This document shows, piece by piece, positions 13,824-26,424 of a stretch of DNA of 64,000 nt. Below the pieces are notes generated by a model, which made no database searches, was not told the origin of the DNA, and worked only from the letters and a program-made list of their open reading frames with translations. Position numbers and translations under genes: made by a program. The first letter of the stretch is position 1. The number at the start of each line of letters is the position of its first letter. Source of the DNA: Octopus vulgaris (taxonomy: Eukaryota); NCBI GenBank assembly GCA_951406725.2, contig OX597815.1:49662001-49726000 (forward strand). The letters run 5' to 3'.

Positions 13824-14867
13824 CTGTCGAATGCAAAAAAGAAAGAAAGAGAGAACGAAAGAAAACAACACTATAATTAGAAAACAAAAAGAGAAAGAAG
13901 TCAAAACATATTCATTAACTCAACTATCTCCCACATGCACACACAAAAGTCATACATTTAGAGAAAGGAGGGGAAAAAATGGAAGAAGATAGGGGAAAAT
14001 ATTGGAATGCATTTTCAAAGATATTTTGTCATTGACATTCTAGCTGATCAGTAAGAGTTTTGTATGTTCTCAGAGATTTAGTTGATAGTCAACGAATATC
14101 ATGGCCCTTCCATCAGGTTGGCCAATCCTTAGGAAGAAGTAAAATAGTCAGAAGCTGCTCCACACTGATCTTGGAAAAACTCTGTGTTCTGAGAGAAAGT
14201 TTGTTTCTTTTGTTTTTATTAATTCACAAGGAATTAGTCAGCTAATTTCTAGAGGCTAACCTGTTAAGTAGGTGTTTGTGCTTGGTTTAAAGTTCAACAC
14301 TTAAAGTCAAGTATGAAGTGTGCACATACGCCAATAACACCGGTCACATAATTATCGCAGAAGAAAGGTAAGGGAGTTTGGAGATTACTTTCAACTATCT
14401 TCACTATTAGAAACAACTCAATAAAACACTTACAAAACCATTCAATAAAGAGGGTGACACTCCCCAAGGAGAAACAATTCTGTGAGTAAAATACTAGTTG
14501 ACTGCAGATTAAAAAGTGTTTTACACTTTAATAATAACTTACTTTAGTACACACATACATACACACACATTAAAAATATTGCTATTCTGTTATTGTTTTA
14601 TTGTTTTTGCAATTCTTTGATGTAAGATTTGAAATCCAAATCTTAAAGTTCACTGAACTCAGTAGTTCAGACTGTTGCTAGTAAGCCCCAAGATTTTGCC
14701 AATGTATATATATGTTTGCTTGTTTGTATAGATATGTGTGTGAGTGTATGCATGTATGTATAAAGGCACAGAATTGTGTTAGCCAATAACTGGAGTCCTT
14801 CTGAGTCTGTTCTCCATTTGTCTGTGCATTTACTATACATTTTTTAACTTATACTTTTATTTATTTT

Positions 14868-14868
14868 G

Positions 14869-14934
<66 letters not shown>

Positions 14935-14935
14935 G
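14868..14935. repeat. (GATA)n microsatellite
   Basis: Pure tetranucleotide run. Confidence 0.95.
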
Positions 14936-16189
14936 TATGCATGTATATGTGCATGCATGTTTCCCTTTTCTCTTTAATTAAGTTAATTTTAACCAGCTTT
15001 GTTTTATTAATTATTCACTAAACCTTTATAAGATCTTGCAGAGTTTTATAGTCTCAGGTACCATTGTCATTTCTAGCATGTGTATTAAGGAGTGGCATTC
15101 TCTCCCCAAGTTCAGCCATACTTTGCTATACATAGGTTGGTACGAATCCTGTTGCTCCCATATAATAATAGGCATGAAACTGAAAGTGCATCTTGCAAAC
15201 TCCTCACCAATGGTTCACAGAGGATTTCTTTCTCCTGTATTTTTCAGATCGTATTTATGTTCAGAGAGTAGCCAATTTCTGCAAGAGATCATACACTTAT
15301 GGGGACCCCATACAACAACAGCTGACCAGTTGTGTTTTAACTCGGCTGTTTTAATTTCTAAATCCCACCTATATCTTTTTTGATCAATCGGTCTAAATAT
15401 AGCCAACTTTGCTGGTATTCTACTCAGTTTCTATCAATCAAATTTCATTTACAAAGTATTGGTTATTTTGATGCAATGGTAAATGACACCTGCCCAAAGT
15501 GCTATGCAGTTAAGATCAAGCCTAAAACTACAAAAATTTGGAAACAAACGTCTTGATCAGAGTCTTTTTTTAATCATTACTTACATATGAATGAATTATA
15601 CATGATTAAAGGTATACAGGTATAAAAGAAGTATTTGTTGGGTGAAATATCCTCCTTTTTTATTTATGCAACATCTAGGAAAAATCACAAATGAGTAAGT
15701 GAAGTATAACATTCTGAATTACATATGAGTTAACAGTGGTTATTCCATGCACTAAAGGATATAGAAATGAGATAACAGTTCTGGTCCTCAACTATAATAA
15801 TTAAAAATAGTAATTGGAGTATGAAGAATTGTAATTAAAGCATAAGGTTCAATAGACTAGTGATGATTACAAGTATTTTGTATGAAAATGACAGGTGAAT
15901 TAAAAGCTATCATTTACATATTTGTGATGCTTCTCTAAATGTTTGTTTTGTTGTAAACTGATGTATTTCAGATGTACTTTTGTATGGAGATATAATTTTT
16001 TAATATCATCTAGTATCAAAAATCATTAAAAAATATTCCAGTAATTAAAAGCTATAATCACAATATGACTGTTGCTCCTGCTGTCTGTATTCATCATGTC
16101 CTCAACACAGTAAAACTTTAATTGAAGTTGAGCCAAAGGGAGGTGAGCAAGCTTTCAAGTGAGACAAAATAATGTGAGGGCTACTGTGT

Positions 16190-16557
16190 CACTGGTTCTC
16201 AACCGGGGTCCATATAAGATGTTTTGGGATCTGCATAAGCAAAATGATAGAATGGGAGTTTGCAGAAGTATTTTAGGGATTCATGAAAGCATTTTATTTT
16301 AGATGTATTTTTTGCAGCAAACAACTATATTTCTTTAACACTTAACATGGTTCAAAATGTATCAAGCCACTGAAACAAGTTCTTTCTGAGAATGCTATTG
16401 CAAACCTACACAAATGAATGCATGAAAAACAAAACAGGAATTTTGTAAGAATTATCTTTAAAGCTAGTTTTTAAACATGGAATGGCTATTGAGGTCCACC
16501 AGAGTAAAACAGTAGCAAAACTGAGTCGAAATGTAAAAAAATGGTTGAAAACCACCA
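16190..16557. mobile_element. hAT-like MITE
   Basis: Termini cactggttctcaacc and ggttgaaaaccacc are imperfect inverted repeats of the CAGTGGTTCTCAACC type. The 8-bp flanks tactgtgt and ttctatgc partly match. Confidence 0.55.
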
Positions 16558-18636
16558 TTCTATGCAATCACATAACCTGTTAGAAATAGCAGCCAAATCT
16601 ATTAAATTACACCTTACTTTTTTTTAAAAGAAAGAATATCTTTGACAGTATCCAAAATATGCATATGCAAAAAGGACAGAATGCTTATGGTTAGAATCTT
16701 TTTTGATTATATATGATTTCTTAATCAGGGTTTCTGAGATAGCTAAACAACAAGAAGATGTCACACCAAAGTGTTTCGGACTATATTATATTTATCAGAA
16801 GCTGTATCACTGCAACAGATTTTGATTTACATTCCCTAACCCTAAGCCTTTCTAATAGAGATACAAGGCCATAACTTTGTAGGGAAGAAATAGTTAATTA
16901 TATCAACTCCAGCACTTGATTTGCACTTTATTTTAATAACCCTATCAGAATGAAAAATAAAATTAACCTTAGAGGCATTTTAACTCAAGACACAAAGAAC
17001 TGACAAGGTTGTGCACTTATTGTTTTTTTTGTGGTCTTTCCATGAAATCACTTCAATATCTTCTACTTTTCCCACGTAATTCTTCAAATTAATTCATGAA
17101 AAAATTACTCCCCTGCATGGAATTTGGTCATAAATTGTGCTTCAGGACTTCTAAATATAGGAGAGAGCAGAATACGACTGGCTGAAAACTTCTGTTAAAA
17201 CTCTAAGTTTGTCATAGATTTTAAGATTAATGCTTTCTTGTCTGAATTTGATATCCTTTGTGAACATTTATGCCTGATTCTTCCTTTGTTTGCCAATACC
17301 ATTTCAAGGAGTCTTATCAGAAACAATGTTTAAATAGTTTTACATTGTACTTCTTTTGTAAAATTGTCACATAACACATCTGGTTAATGTGATCCTACAT
17401 CTTAGCACTTATGTAATCTTTAACATCATGTATGTTTATTCTATGTCAGTCTTGCACTAAATCTCTTATGACTACTCCTATTAAATAGTTCATACATTTT
17501 AGTCCCCTGTAACTTATGTTGCTAAAGTATCAGAGGCCAAGATAATTAATATTATTATTTTTATTAATAAAGAAAATACTTATTGTTATTATCATCTTTA
17601 TTTTCATCATTATCATTATTTATTACCATCATAATCATCAACATCAATATCATCATTATAGCATTTTAGCAAAACCTATTATGTTTACAAAATTTATTTC
17701 TCTTCTTAATTTCCCTCTAGATTTATATGTTAGACAGATATGGCGTTTAGCAGTTTAAATGCCATCATTCTACGTAATAAATGAAGTTAATAAATTCTAT
17801 GTCATTTTCAATAATGTATGTAATTTCAAGTTTTGAATCTGGTTAGCTTATGTGGATAGGAAATCTAATAGGGAAATAACAGTACGTATCCTTTCAAAAT
17901 TACATCATATCTGATATCGTAAAATATTGTGGGAAAATGTAAAGGAAAATGTATTTTAGCATATGCTTCTCAGAACTTGGATCAAATGTTGTAAATTATA
18001 CTTAGTAAAGTATGTGAGAAAAAAATGACACTACTTTAAGTTACTGTAAAAATATTACCAAATAATCTACTGCTAAGATATATTTGAAAAAGTATTTAAG
18101 AGAACCACAAATGATTTAGAATGATCTAGAAAAAATATTCCAGGGAAAATGTAAACTATATGAGGTGGGTGGCCACTTGTTCTTAACTTTACGAAACAAT
18201 GTATATGAAATATACAAAAGTTGTTTTGTTCTGGTGGCCCTGATATTACAAACTGAAGCTTACAAAAGCAATTGAAGGAGCCTCAGACTGGTAATTAAAC
18301 TTGCCAAAAATACCAGCTAAATCTCCCCTTTATCCCACTTTACTCTCTCAAAAATTTCACTTCACACTTATAAGTCAGGTGTTTAGTCCTGCTATATGGC
18401 ACTGTGAACAAATATCTTTATCATAGTTTTGGATTACATCCAAACCTGTGATAGACACTGCATAGAAGCCCATTGGATAGATTTTACCAGTAATTCAAAT
18501 GTCTGTCTTTAGAGCATGTTGTGCCATGCTGATTTGGCTTAGAACTATATTAACCTTTTAGCATTTAAACTAGCCATATCCAAACCAAACACTCTACTTG
18601 CTGGATCTTACACAGATTTTTTAATTAATTTTTTTT

Positions 18637-19028
18637 GAGTGGCTGTGTGGTAAGTAGCTTGCTTACCAACCACATGGTTCTGGGTTCAGTCCCACTGCGT
18701 GGCACCTTGGGCAAGTGTCTTCTACTATAGCCTCGGGCTGAACAAAGCCTTGTGAGTGGATTTGGTAGATGGAAACTGAAAAAATCCCATCATATATGTG
18801 TGTGTGTTTGTGTGTCTGTGTTTGTCCACCGCCCCTCCAACATTTCTTGACAACCAATGCTGGTATGTTTACACCCTCATAACTTAGCGGTTCAGCAAAA
18901 GAGACCAATAGAATAAATACTAGGCTTACAAAGAATAAGTCCTGGGGTCGATTTGCTTGACTAAAGGCGGTGCTCCAGCATGGCCACAGTCAAATGACTG
19001 AAACAAGTAAAAGAGTAAAAGAGTAAAA
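18637..19028 (+). mobile_element. Family A SINE inside the left TIR
   Basis: Full SINE body and tail. Confidence 0.9.
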
Positions 19029-20253
19029 CAGTTTGAAACTTTGGTTACTGGTTGAATGTGTCACATAGAACACAGTTTACTCTTAACGTTTTTGACACAA
19101 TTTTGTATTTTAGAAGTTATTTCGTATTAAAGTTACTGCTGTTTGTGAAAATAATGGAAGAGCAACAACATCTGGGTCATTGGGTCATCTGTTTTGGACG
19201 CTGCATACATATATATGTGCATAAATATACAGACACTTGTATATGTACACGTACACACACACACACACACACACATACACACACACCAATATATATGCAT
19301 GCAACTTTTAGAATGCTGAGGAAAGGAAAGGGAGGTGGTGTGAGGAATACATAACTTTAAGGAGGAAGGGGATTGTGAAGTTGATGACAGTTGTTCATGC
19401 AGCGTTTCTGCTGTCCATCACACACACACACACACATTTATATGTAAAGCTTATAAGACCCCGAATGGGAGCAAGGAAAAGGAGAGGGTTTAATAAATGA
19501 ATATGCAGTGGTAGGGGATTGGCAAGTTTACATAAGTTGTTCAGATCATCAACACACCACCACTCTCTCCATTCTCTCCTCTGCTCTCTCTCCCTCGCTC
19601 TCTCTCTCACCCTCTCTCTCTCACTCTCTCTCTCGCTCTCTGTACAATTTGCCACATAAAAAAATCAGGCGCAATCACTAAAGGAGTTAACTGAAAATGA
19701 TTAAAACATATATTTGTGTGTATGTACATGCATGTATGTATGTATGAATGTATGTATGCATGTATGTATGTGTGTATGTATGTTTGTGTGCATGTATACA
19801 TGTATGTATGTATGTGTGTAAGAAAATGTGAGAATCTGTATAGTTGCTTGACCTGCTGGAAATAATAGCCAAATCTCTCTCGATATCACACGCTAACATT
19901 ATATAAACGAGAGGACACATGGGATAAGATGGAGAAAAATACACACGCACACACACATTATGTATTCCCTATAAAAGAACTTTCTGCTTTTCTCACCCAT
20001 TCCCTATAAAAAAAACTTTCTATTTTTCTCACCCACCTTTCTTATCTTTTATACTTTTCTCCCACCTCTCTCTCTCTCTCTCTTTTTCATGACCCAATGA
20101 CCCGGAAGTTGTTGCTCTTCCATTACTTTCGCAAACAGCAGTAACAACTTCAACATGAAATAACTTCTAAAATACAAAATTTTGTCAAAAACATTAAGAG
20201 TAGACCGTGTTCTACATGACACATTCAACCAGTATCCAAAGTTTCAAACTGTT

Positions 20254-20663
20254 TGCTCTTTCACTCTTTTACTCTTTTACTTTTTTCAGTCATTTGACTG
20301 CGGCCATGCTGGAGCACCGCCTTTAGTCAAGCAAATTGACTCTGGGACTTATTCTTTGTAAGCCTAGTACTTATTCTATCAGTCTCTTTTACCGAACCGC
20401 TAAGTGACGGCAACGTAAACACACCAGCATCGGTTGTCAAGCGATGTTGGGGGGACAAACAGACACACAAACATACACACACATATATATATATAGATAT
20501 ATACGACGGGCTTCTTTCAGTTTCCGTCTACCAAATCCACTCACAAGGCTTTGGTTGGCCCGTGGCTATAGTAGAAGACACTTGCCCAAGATGCCATGCA
20601 GTGGGACTGAACCCGGAACCATGTGGTTGGTAAGCAAGTTACTTACCACACAGCCACTCCTGC
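20254..20663 (-). mobile_element. Family A SINE inside the right TIR
   Basis: Full reverse copy with an aaacag duplication on both sides (read on the minus strand). Confidence 0.9.
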
Positions 20664-22054
20664 TGTTTAGTTAAAAAAAAATAATTAAAAAATCTATGAC
20701 TGAGATTGAAAGGATCCTACATGTTTTAGGTTCAAACTGGCCAGATCTAGCCTATAACACCTACTCTACAATGTCATTCTAAAATGTTATCAACATCTTG
20801 AAGCTGTGATTAATTCAAACCAATGTGAATAAGCAAGTATTACACTTGACAGAATAACCTGAGTATTAAGAGTACATATGTCAGTAAAACACTAGCAATT
20901 TGTATATTAATTCAAAATGAGTCCCGCATTCTGTTGAGTGAATGCTCATCAGCAAGACATACTGAAGTTTTATTATCACCATGACTGAAAAATCAATGCA
21001 TATTTGTTTTTTATTTAATATGGTAGAGTGTGATTTGAAGGAGTTTTGACTGATATTTCTAGCAGACTAAAGGAATGCTTAGAGACTTCCATCTTGGCTC
21101 ATTGACTACAGTTAGCTGGAGGTGGGATTACTAATCAACAACAGAAACAACAAAAACTGCTGGTGGTAATCTCTCTAAAAATAATATTATTACTGTTGTT
21201 GAACTCATGAAAATGATGTCAATTTTTTTTCTCCCATATAATCAATCAGCTCTCTACCCACTTATAATAAAGCTTCCATATTATATCAATAATGCTGCTA
21301 CCAAGCATCTATCATGATCTTATATAGTACTTCACATCGACAAGGTTTGCCAACAAATTTCCTCACCTTATTCTACACCTACATTATTTCTGATATCTTA
21401 ATCTTTCACTGGAAACTTAACTGATCAGATATGTGAGCAGGTAAAAGTTCTTGACAATTTATTTTGCCAAAATTTCAATGAGATTCATTCTTGCTCACAT
21501 CTCCCTTGAGGTTCTACTGACACTTTGCCATGCCTGTAATTGTTATTGCACAGAAGCCAGTTTTGTGAGCAAGAAATGAGAATATAGTATGGCTGTGATA
21601 GTGCAAGAGATGTAGGTGTTGAGAGAAAACAAACACACACACACACAAACACAAGCACATACATACATTCATACACATACACAAAGTTATTGAGTACTGA
21701 GAATATTTGGTCATTTAGAGAAAAAAAATGTCACAACTAGCCACATGCTTTTCACTACTTGGATGCCAAGAAAGCTGTGAAGACATTGTTCATTGACTCC
21801 TTGTCTACTCATCTACAATCTTCTTTATTTTCAATTGCTTCTTAGGTAATATGTGCAAAGGATATAGGACAATTATGGTTGACTGCTTGGAAGAGAAATA
21901 ATCTCTTCATCTGCGAGAATAAAAGTAACCAAATGCTGTTTATAATGTGCTATATCCAACACTGGCTCATGGCATTGTATGTGTGTGTGCATGTGTGCGT
22001 GTGTGTATGTGTGTGTGCGTGTGTCTGTATGCATGTATGTATGTGTGTATATAT

Positions 22055-22087
<33 letters not shown>

Positions 22088-22337
22088 AGTACATATATAT
22101 AAGTACATATATATATATGTACTTATGCAAATGCACATATAAATGTTAAACTGAAGTTACTATACTAAAGCAACTTAGAAACTAACAAAAGAATATTTAC
22201 TGTTGGAGAACTCAATACTGAGTACAGACTCAAATTTATTGTAAAATTTATTTCTGATGGGATTTTAAATTTCATTTGACAGCTTATTCAACCATATTTT
22301 TTTTGCTAGTTGAATAACTTGTCCGGTTATACATATA

Positions 22338-22760
22338 TCTCTTTTACTCTTTACTTGTTTCTGTCATTTGACTGTGGCCATGCTGGAGCACCACCTTTAG
22401 TTGAGCAAATCGATCCCAGAACTTATTCTTTGTAAGCCTAGTACTTATTCTATCAGCTTCTTTTGATGAACCGCTAAGTTACAGGGATGTAAACACACCA
22501 GCATTGGTTGTCAAGCAATGTTGGGGAGACAAACACAGACACACAAACATACACACACACACACACACACATACACACACACACACACACATATATGCAT
22601 ATATACAACGGGCTTCTTTCAGTTTCTGCCTACCAAATCCACTCACAAGGCTTTGGTCGGCCCGAGGCTATAGTAGAAGACACTTGCCCAAGGTATCATG
22701 CAGTAAGACTGAACCCGGAGCCATGTGGTTCGTAATCAAGCTACTTACCACACAGCCACA
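22338..22760 (-). mobile_element. tRNA-derived SINE, family A
   Basis: Near full-length reverse copy. Confidence 0.9.
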
Positions 22761-22904
22761 CATAAATACACATACATATATATACACACAGGCATATATA
22801 TCCATACAGATATACGTACATATATATATGCATACCATCCAACCCGTGCTAGCGCGGAAAATGGACGTTAAACGATGATGATGATGATGATACATACATA
22901 TATA

Positions 22905-23256
22905 TGTATTTGATGGGAATGCTGGGGTTGGAAGAATCGATGAAATGGTTGGTAAGGGCGAATAGAGTGAGGTGGTATGGGCATGTATTGAGGATGGATG
23001 AAGACCATGTTCTGAGGAGAGTGATTGTGTTTGAGGTAAATGGACCATTAAAGCCAGGTAGATTGACGAAAAGGTGGAGGGGACAGGTGGAGGAGCAGGT
23101 TGGGAAGTTTGGTTTGAAAAGGGAAGATGCTCAAAACCAGGCAAGCTGGCGAGATGGTGTGAGATGGTTGGTGACTTTGGGCATTTAGGTAGATCCGGCC
23201 CCACATTAACAGGGACATAACCTGGATTTAAAATATTAGATGATGATGATGATGAT
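22905..23256 (+). pseudogene. RTE LINE 3' end (C-terminal ORF fragment with a (gat)n tail)
   Basis: ORF 22904-23188 contains RWYGHVLRMDEDHVLRR...GRLTKRW...REDAQNQASWR, the typical RTE C-terminus. Confidence 0.85.
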
Positions 23257-23348
23257 GAAACATACATACATATATATATAACTATACATATGCATGGATT
23301 CATATATGCATACATATTTACTTACATGCATATATATATATATATATA

Positions 23349-23380
<32 letters not shown>

Positions 23381-23401
23381 CTTACATGCATATATACATA
23401 T

Positions 23402-23452
<51 letters not shown>

Positions 23453-23509
23453 TGATGTAGATGCCTCTCATAAGAACCCAATAAAGTTCGAAAATGTTAC
23501 ATATATATT

Positions 23510-23790
23510 ATTTCATACCTTGATACTGTGTGGACTAAGATCCTTGTTGACAGGCTCCTGGTATTTATAATGTGTTAAAAACTTTCAGTATGCAAATTTG
23601 GGACTCCTTCACAGAGTAATTGCTGCATTTGTTGAGTATATAAATAGTTTGACTGCTTACTTCTCTGTAGACTATCAGAATGATGTGGACGCTGCCAATG
23701 AGAATCCACTATGGTCTGAAAATCGATTAACGGTGTTCCTTATGTTTTTTCAGTCTGCAGGAAATGGCTAAAATTTGCCGTGCTTATAAT
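23510..23790 (+). mobile_element. Possible Penelope-like element 3' end/pLTR remnant
   Basis: A short frame LDTVWTKIL resembles PLE ORF ends. It is followed by a TATAAATA box and a decayed hammerhead-like motif. Confidence 0.35.
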
Positions 23791-23856
23791 TATACCATAT
23801 GTTACATACATATATATATATATATATACACATGTATATATGCATATATATATATA

Positions 23857-24128
23857 TCACTTGATCACTTTGACCAACCAGTCCGTCAGGCGTCCATTTG
23901 ACACCGCTGGTCACAGCACGCTGTCCACTCCTCTCTGGATCATGCCTTTCTCATCCACGTGATCCCAATCGTCCTCCTGAAATCGTCACTCCACTGTCGT
24001 GGAGGTCTTCCGGGTGGTTTTTTCCACTCACGCGGGTACCACTCGACAACTGCGTGCGTCCACCGATTATCAGTGAGCCGGACGACGTGTCCAGCCCATC
24101 TATACTTGCTGCGTGTATACTCTGCGAT
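23857..24128 (-). pseudogene. RTE-clade LINE 3' fragment (second family) within a (TA)n tract
   Basis: Translates to KYRWAGHVVRLTDNRWTHAVVEWYPREWKKPPGRPPRQWSDD. It is CpG-rich and has a tcaagtga-type terminal repeat. Confidence 0.85.
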
Positions 24129-26424
24129 ATATATATATACATTTATATATACATACATACATACATTTATATATACATGCATACATGTATATATATACAT
24201 ACATGTATAGATATATATACATATATATACACATGTGTATATACATACATATATATATATATATATACATGTGTATATACATACACACATGTATATATAC
24301 ATACACATATGCATATATACATATATGTATATATACATGCATACATACACACACACATATGACCCCATATTAATTCTGTATGGTTTACCCCATGACACTT
24401 TTTATTTTAAAAATCTAACACTGAAAGTGCTTACATACTCAATATGAAAGCTTTCTTCAAAAGCGTTTGTATCATTCTGTTTTACAAAGATTTTATGAAT
24501 AATTAATAACTTATAAGAAAACAATGCTTCTAATATTGTTTCTGTATCAAGTATATTTTGCAAAACTTTTAATCCCACACACACACACATCAATATCAAT
24601 TAACTTTTACAAGGTTTTACAGTGTCTCTGAAGTTTCAGCATGTTTATTTTCATGATGAGTGTGATTTAATTTGTTTCGTTTTGAATCAAACTTACCAAA
24701 AGCTATATAAAGCCAGAAAGAACCAAAATGAATCACAGCCTGATGCAGGCAAATATACTGAGACCTTGAAGTCACTGTGAACCTTTTTCTTTTAAAAAAA
24801 ATAATAAATATGAAAAACATGCATAAAATTATTCATACATAACATCTTAGAATTGATAAAGGATGAAAAGTAACTAGAATGATTATGCAATTAGAGAAAG
24901 ACTGTAGCTGGATTTGAACCTCAAAACTCTATGACAATGAATCAGTTATTATAATATGTCCAGTCTCGCACTATACCACTATCTACAATTATAATATATA
25001 GAATCAATTAACAATTTTACACCAACAGAAACACTTGGAAGTGTATCTTTACAGAAATCCCTTTCTGTTTGCTAATGGCATTAGGAGACTACTTAGATAT
25101 TCATTGAGATATATGTAATAGCTTTGTTTATGTTTAAATGCATTATCAATAAACACTTTATTAAAAGCATCTGTCAGATCAGAATTGTTTGATTTGATGC
25201 CATCATTTAAAATCTGTGTTTCTATGCTAATATTGCCAAGATATAGCAAAAACTAATTGTTTTATCAATTTTAAAGGTTAATCCACAATTAAACTATGAT
25301 TACTTCAAAGTACTGCTATATGAGGATATGTCAGAAAAAATGTGTATTGCCATATCTAAATAGGCTAGGGCTAAAATACTGAATGATGCAAAACCAAGCT
25401 CCAAGTATATTGGAAACGTCACAAATTAAATTACATAGTCATACATAAAATTTTGACGGAAAAATGTAGAAAAATTTGCCTCGTTCAAGTTGATATTTTT
25501 TACATCAACCTTTTTATGGTGCTTTGTCTAGAAATATGACATCCAGTAGTAATTAATAAATGTCTCTACTTGAGATTTTTATAGAACAAGAATTATTATC
25601 ATTGCTCTCATCATTATTTAGAGTGAAATAAATATGACGTCCCATAGAGTCAGAGATGTTTTCTGTATCAAAATTAAAAGTTCTAGTCTACATGAACCTC
25701 AATTGAAATTTATTGCAACTAATGTTGTTTACCCTTGAAACACATGTTATTCTGTTTATTTCAATATAACTGAATGTGGGTAAAGTACTTAGCTGTGGAA
25801 ATACTTAAACTAACAATAGGCAGAATTTTACAGAAAGTTTTTTATACAAAAATTTACTTGTATAGCAGAAAATTCTAATTTACTTTTCCATTAAAATATT
25901 GGTGCTACATTAAAAGCACTGGTGCTGGTACCACATAAAAAGCATCTAGTATACTCTTTAGAGAGGTTGGCATTTGGAAGGGCATCAAGCCGTAAAATAA
26001 ACCATGTCAGAACAGACAATGGAGTCTGGTGTGGTCCCTGGCCTTACCAGCTCCAGTCAAATCATCTAGCCTATGCCAGCATAGAAAAACAGTCGTTAAA
26101 TGATGATGGTGGTGGTGGCGGTGGTAGTGGTGGTGGTGATGATAGTTGTGATGCATTTTCAAATTTAGACCTTTACATGTGTTCATTTTAACCCTGATTA
26201 TATCAATTCAAGTAGACCAATAGATACAGAGAAAACCAAACCAAGAATTGTTGTTGTTTGGTCCCAAGTCAGTCCTGTGTGAGCAGAATCCTGATTGAAA
26301 TTCTCAGACATCCAATTTTCACTTCATATATAGTGCATCAAAGACTATATCAACTAATGTCACTTACAAAGATGGCAGATATTAGACTGCTATTTCTAGC
26401 AGGTTGAGTAACTGTGTAGAGTCA

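Larger units (their letters stand above)
18603..20717. mobile_element. Non-autonomous long-TIR element (Mutator/Foldback-like) with SINE-containing arms
   Basis: Arms 18603-19188 and 20089-20717 are reverse complements. The ends are ggatct and ggatcc, and the flanks tacttgct and tacatgtt resemble a decayed 8-9 bp TSD. Confidence 0.7.

Noticed and set aside
17721-17775. Plus-strand acceptor and 10-bp hairpin atggcgttta..taaatgccat
   Set aside because: All frames stop quickly, the donor is weak, and a stem this short is expected by chance.
24730-24770. SQYICLHQAV resembling the PTP Q-loop (QY.F.H.A)
   Set aside because: It lacks the preceding VQT motif and no other PTP exons are visible; the match is too short.
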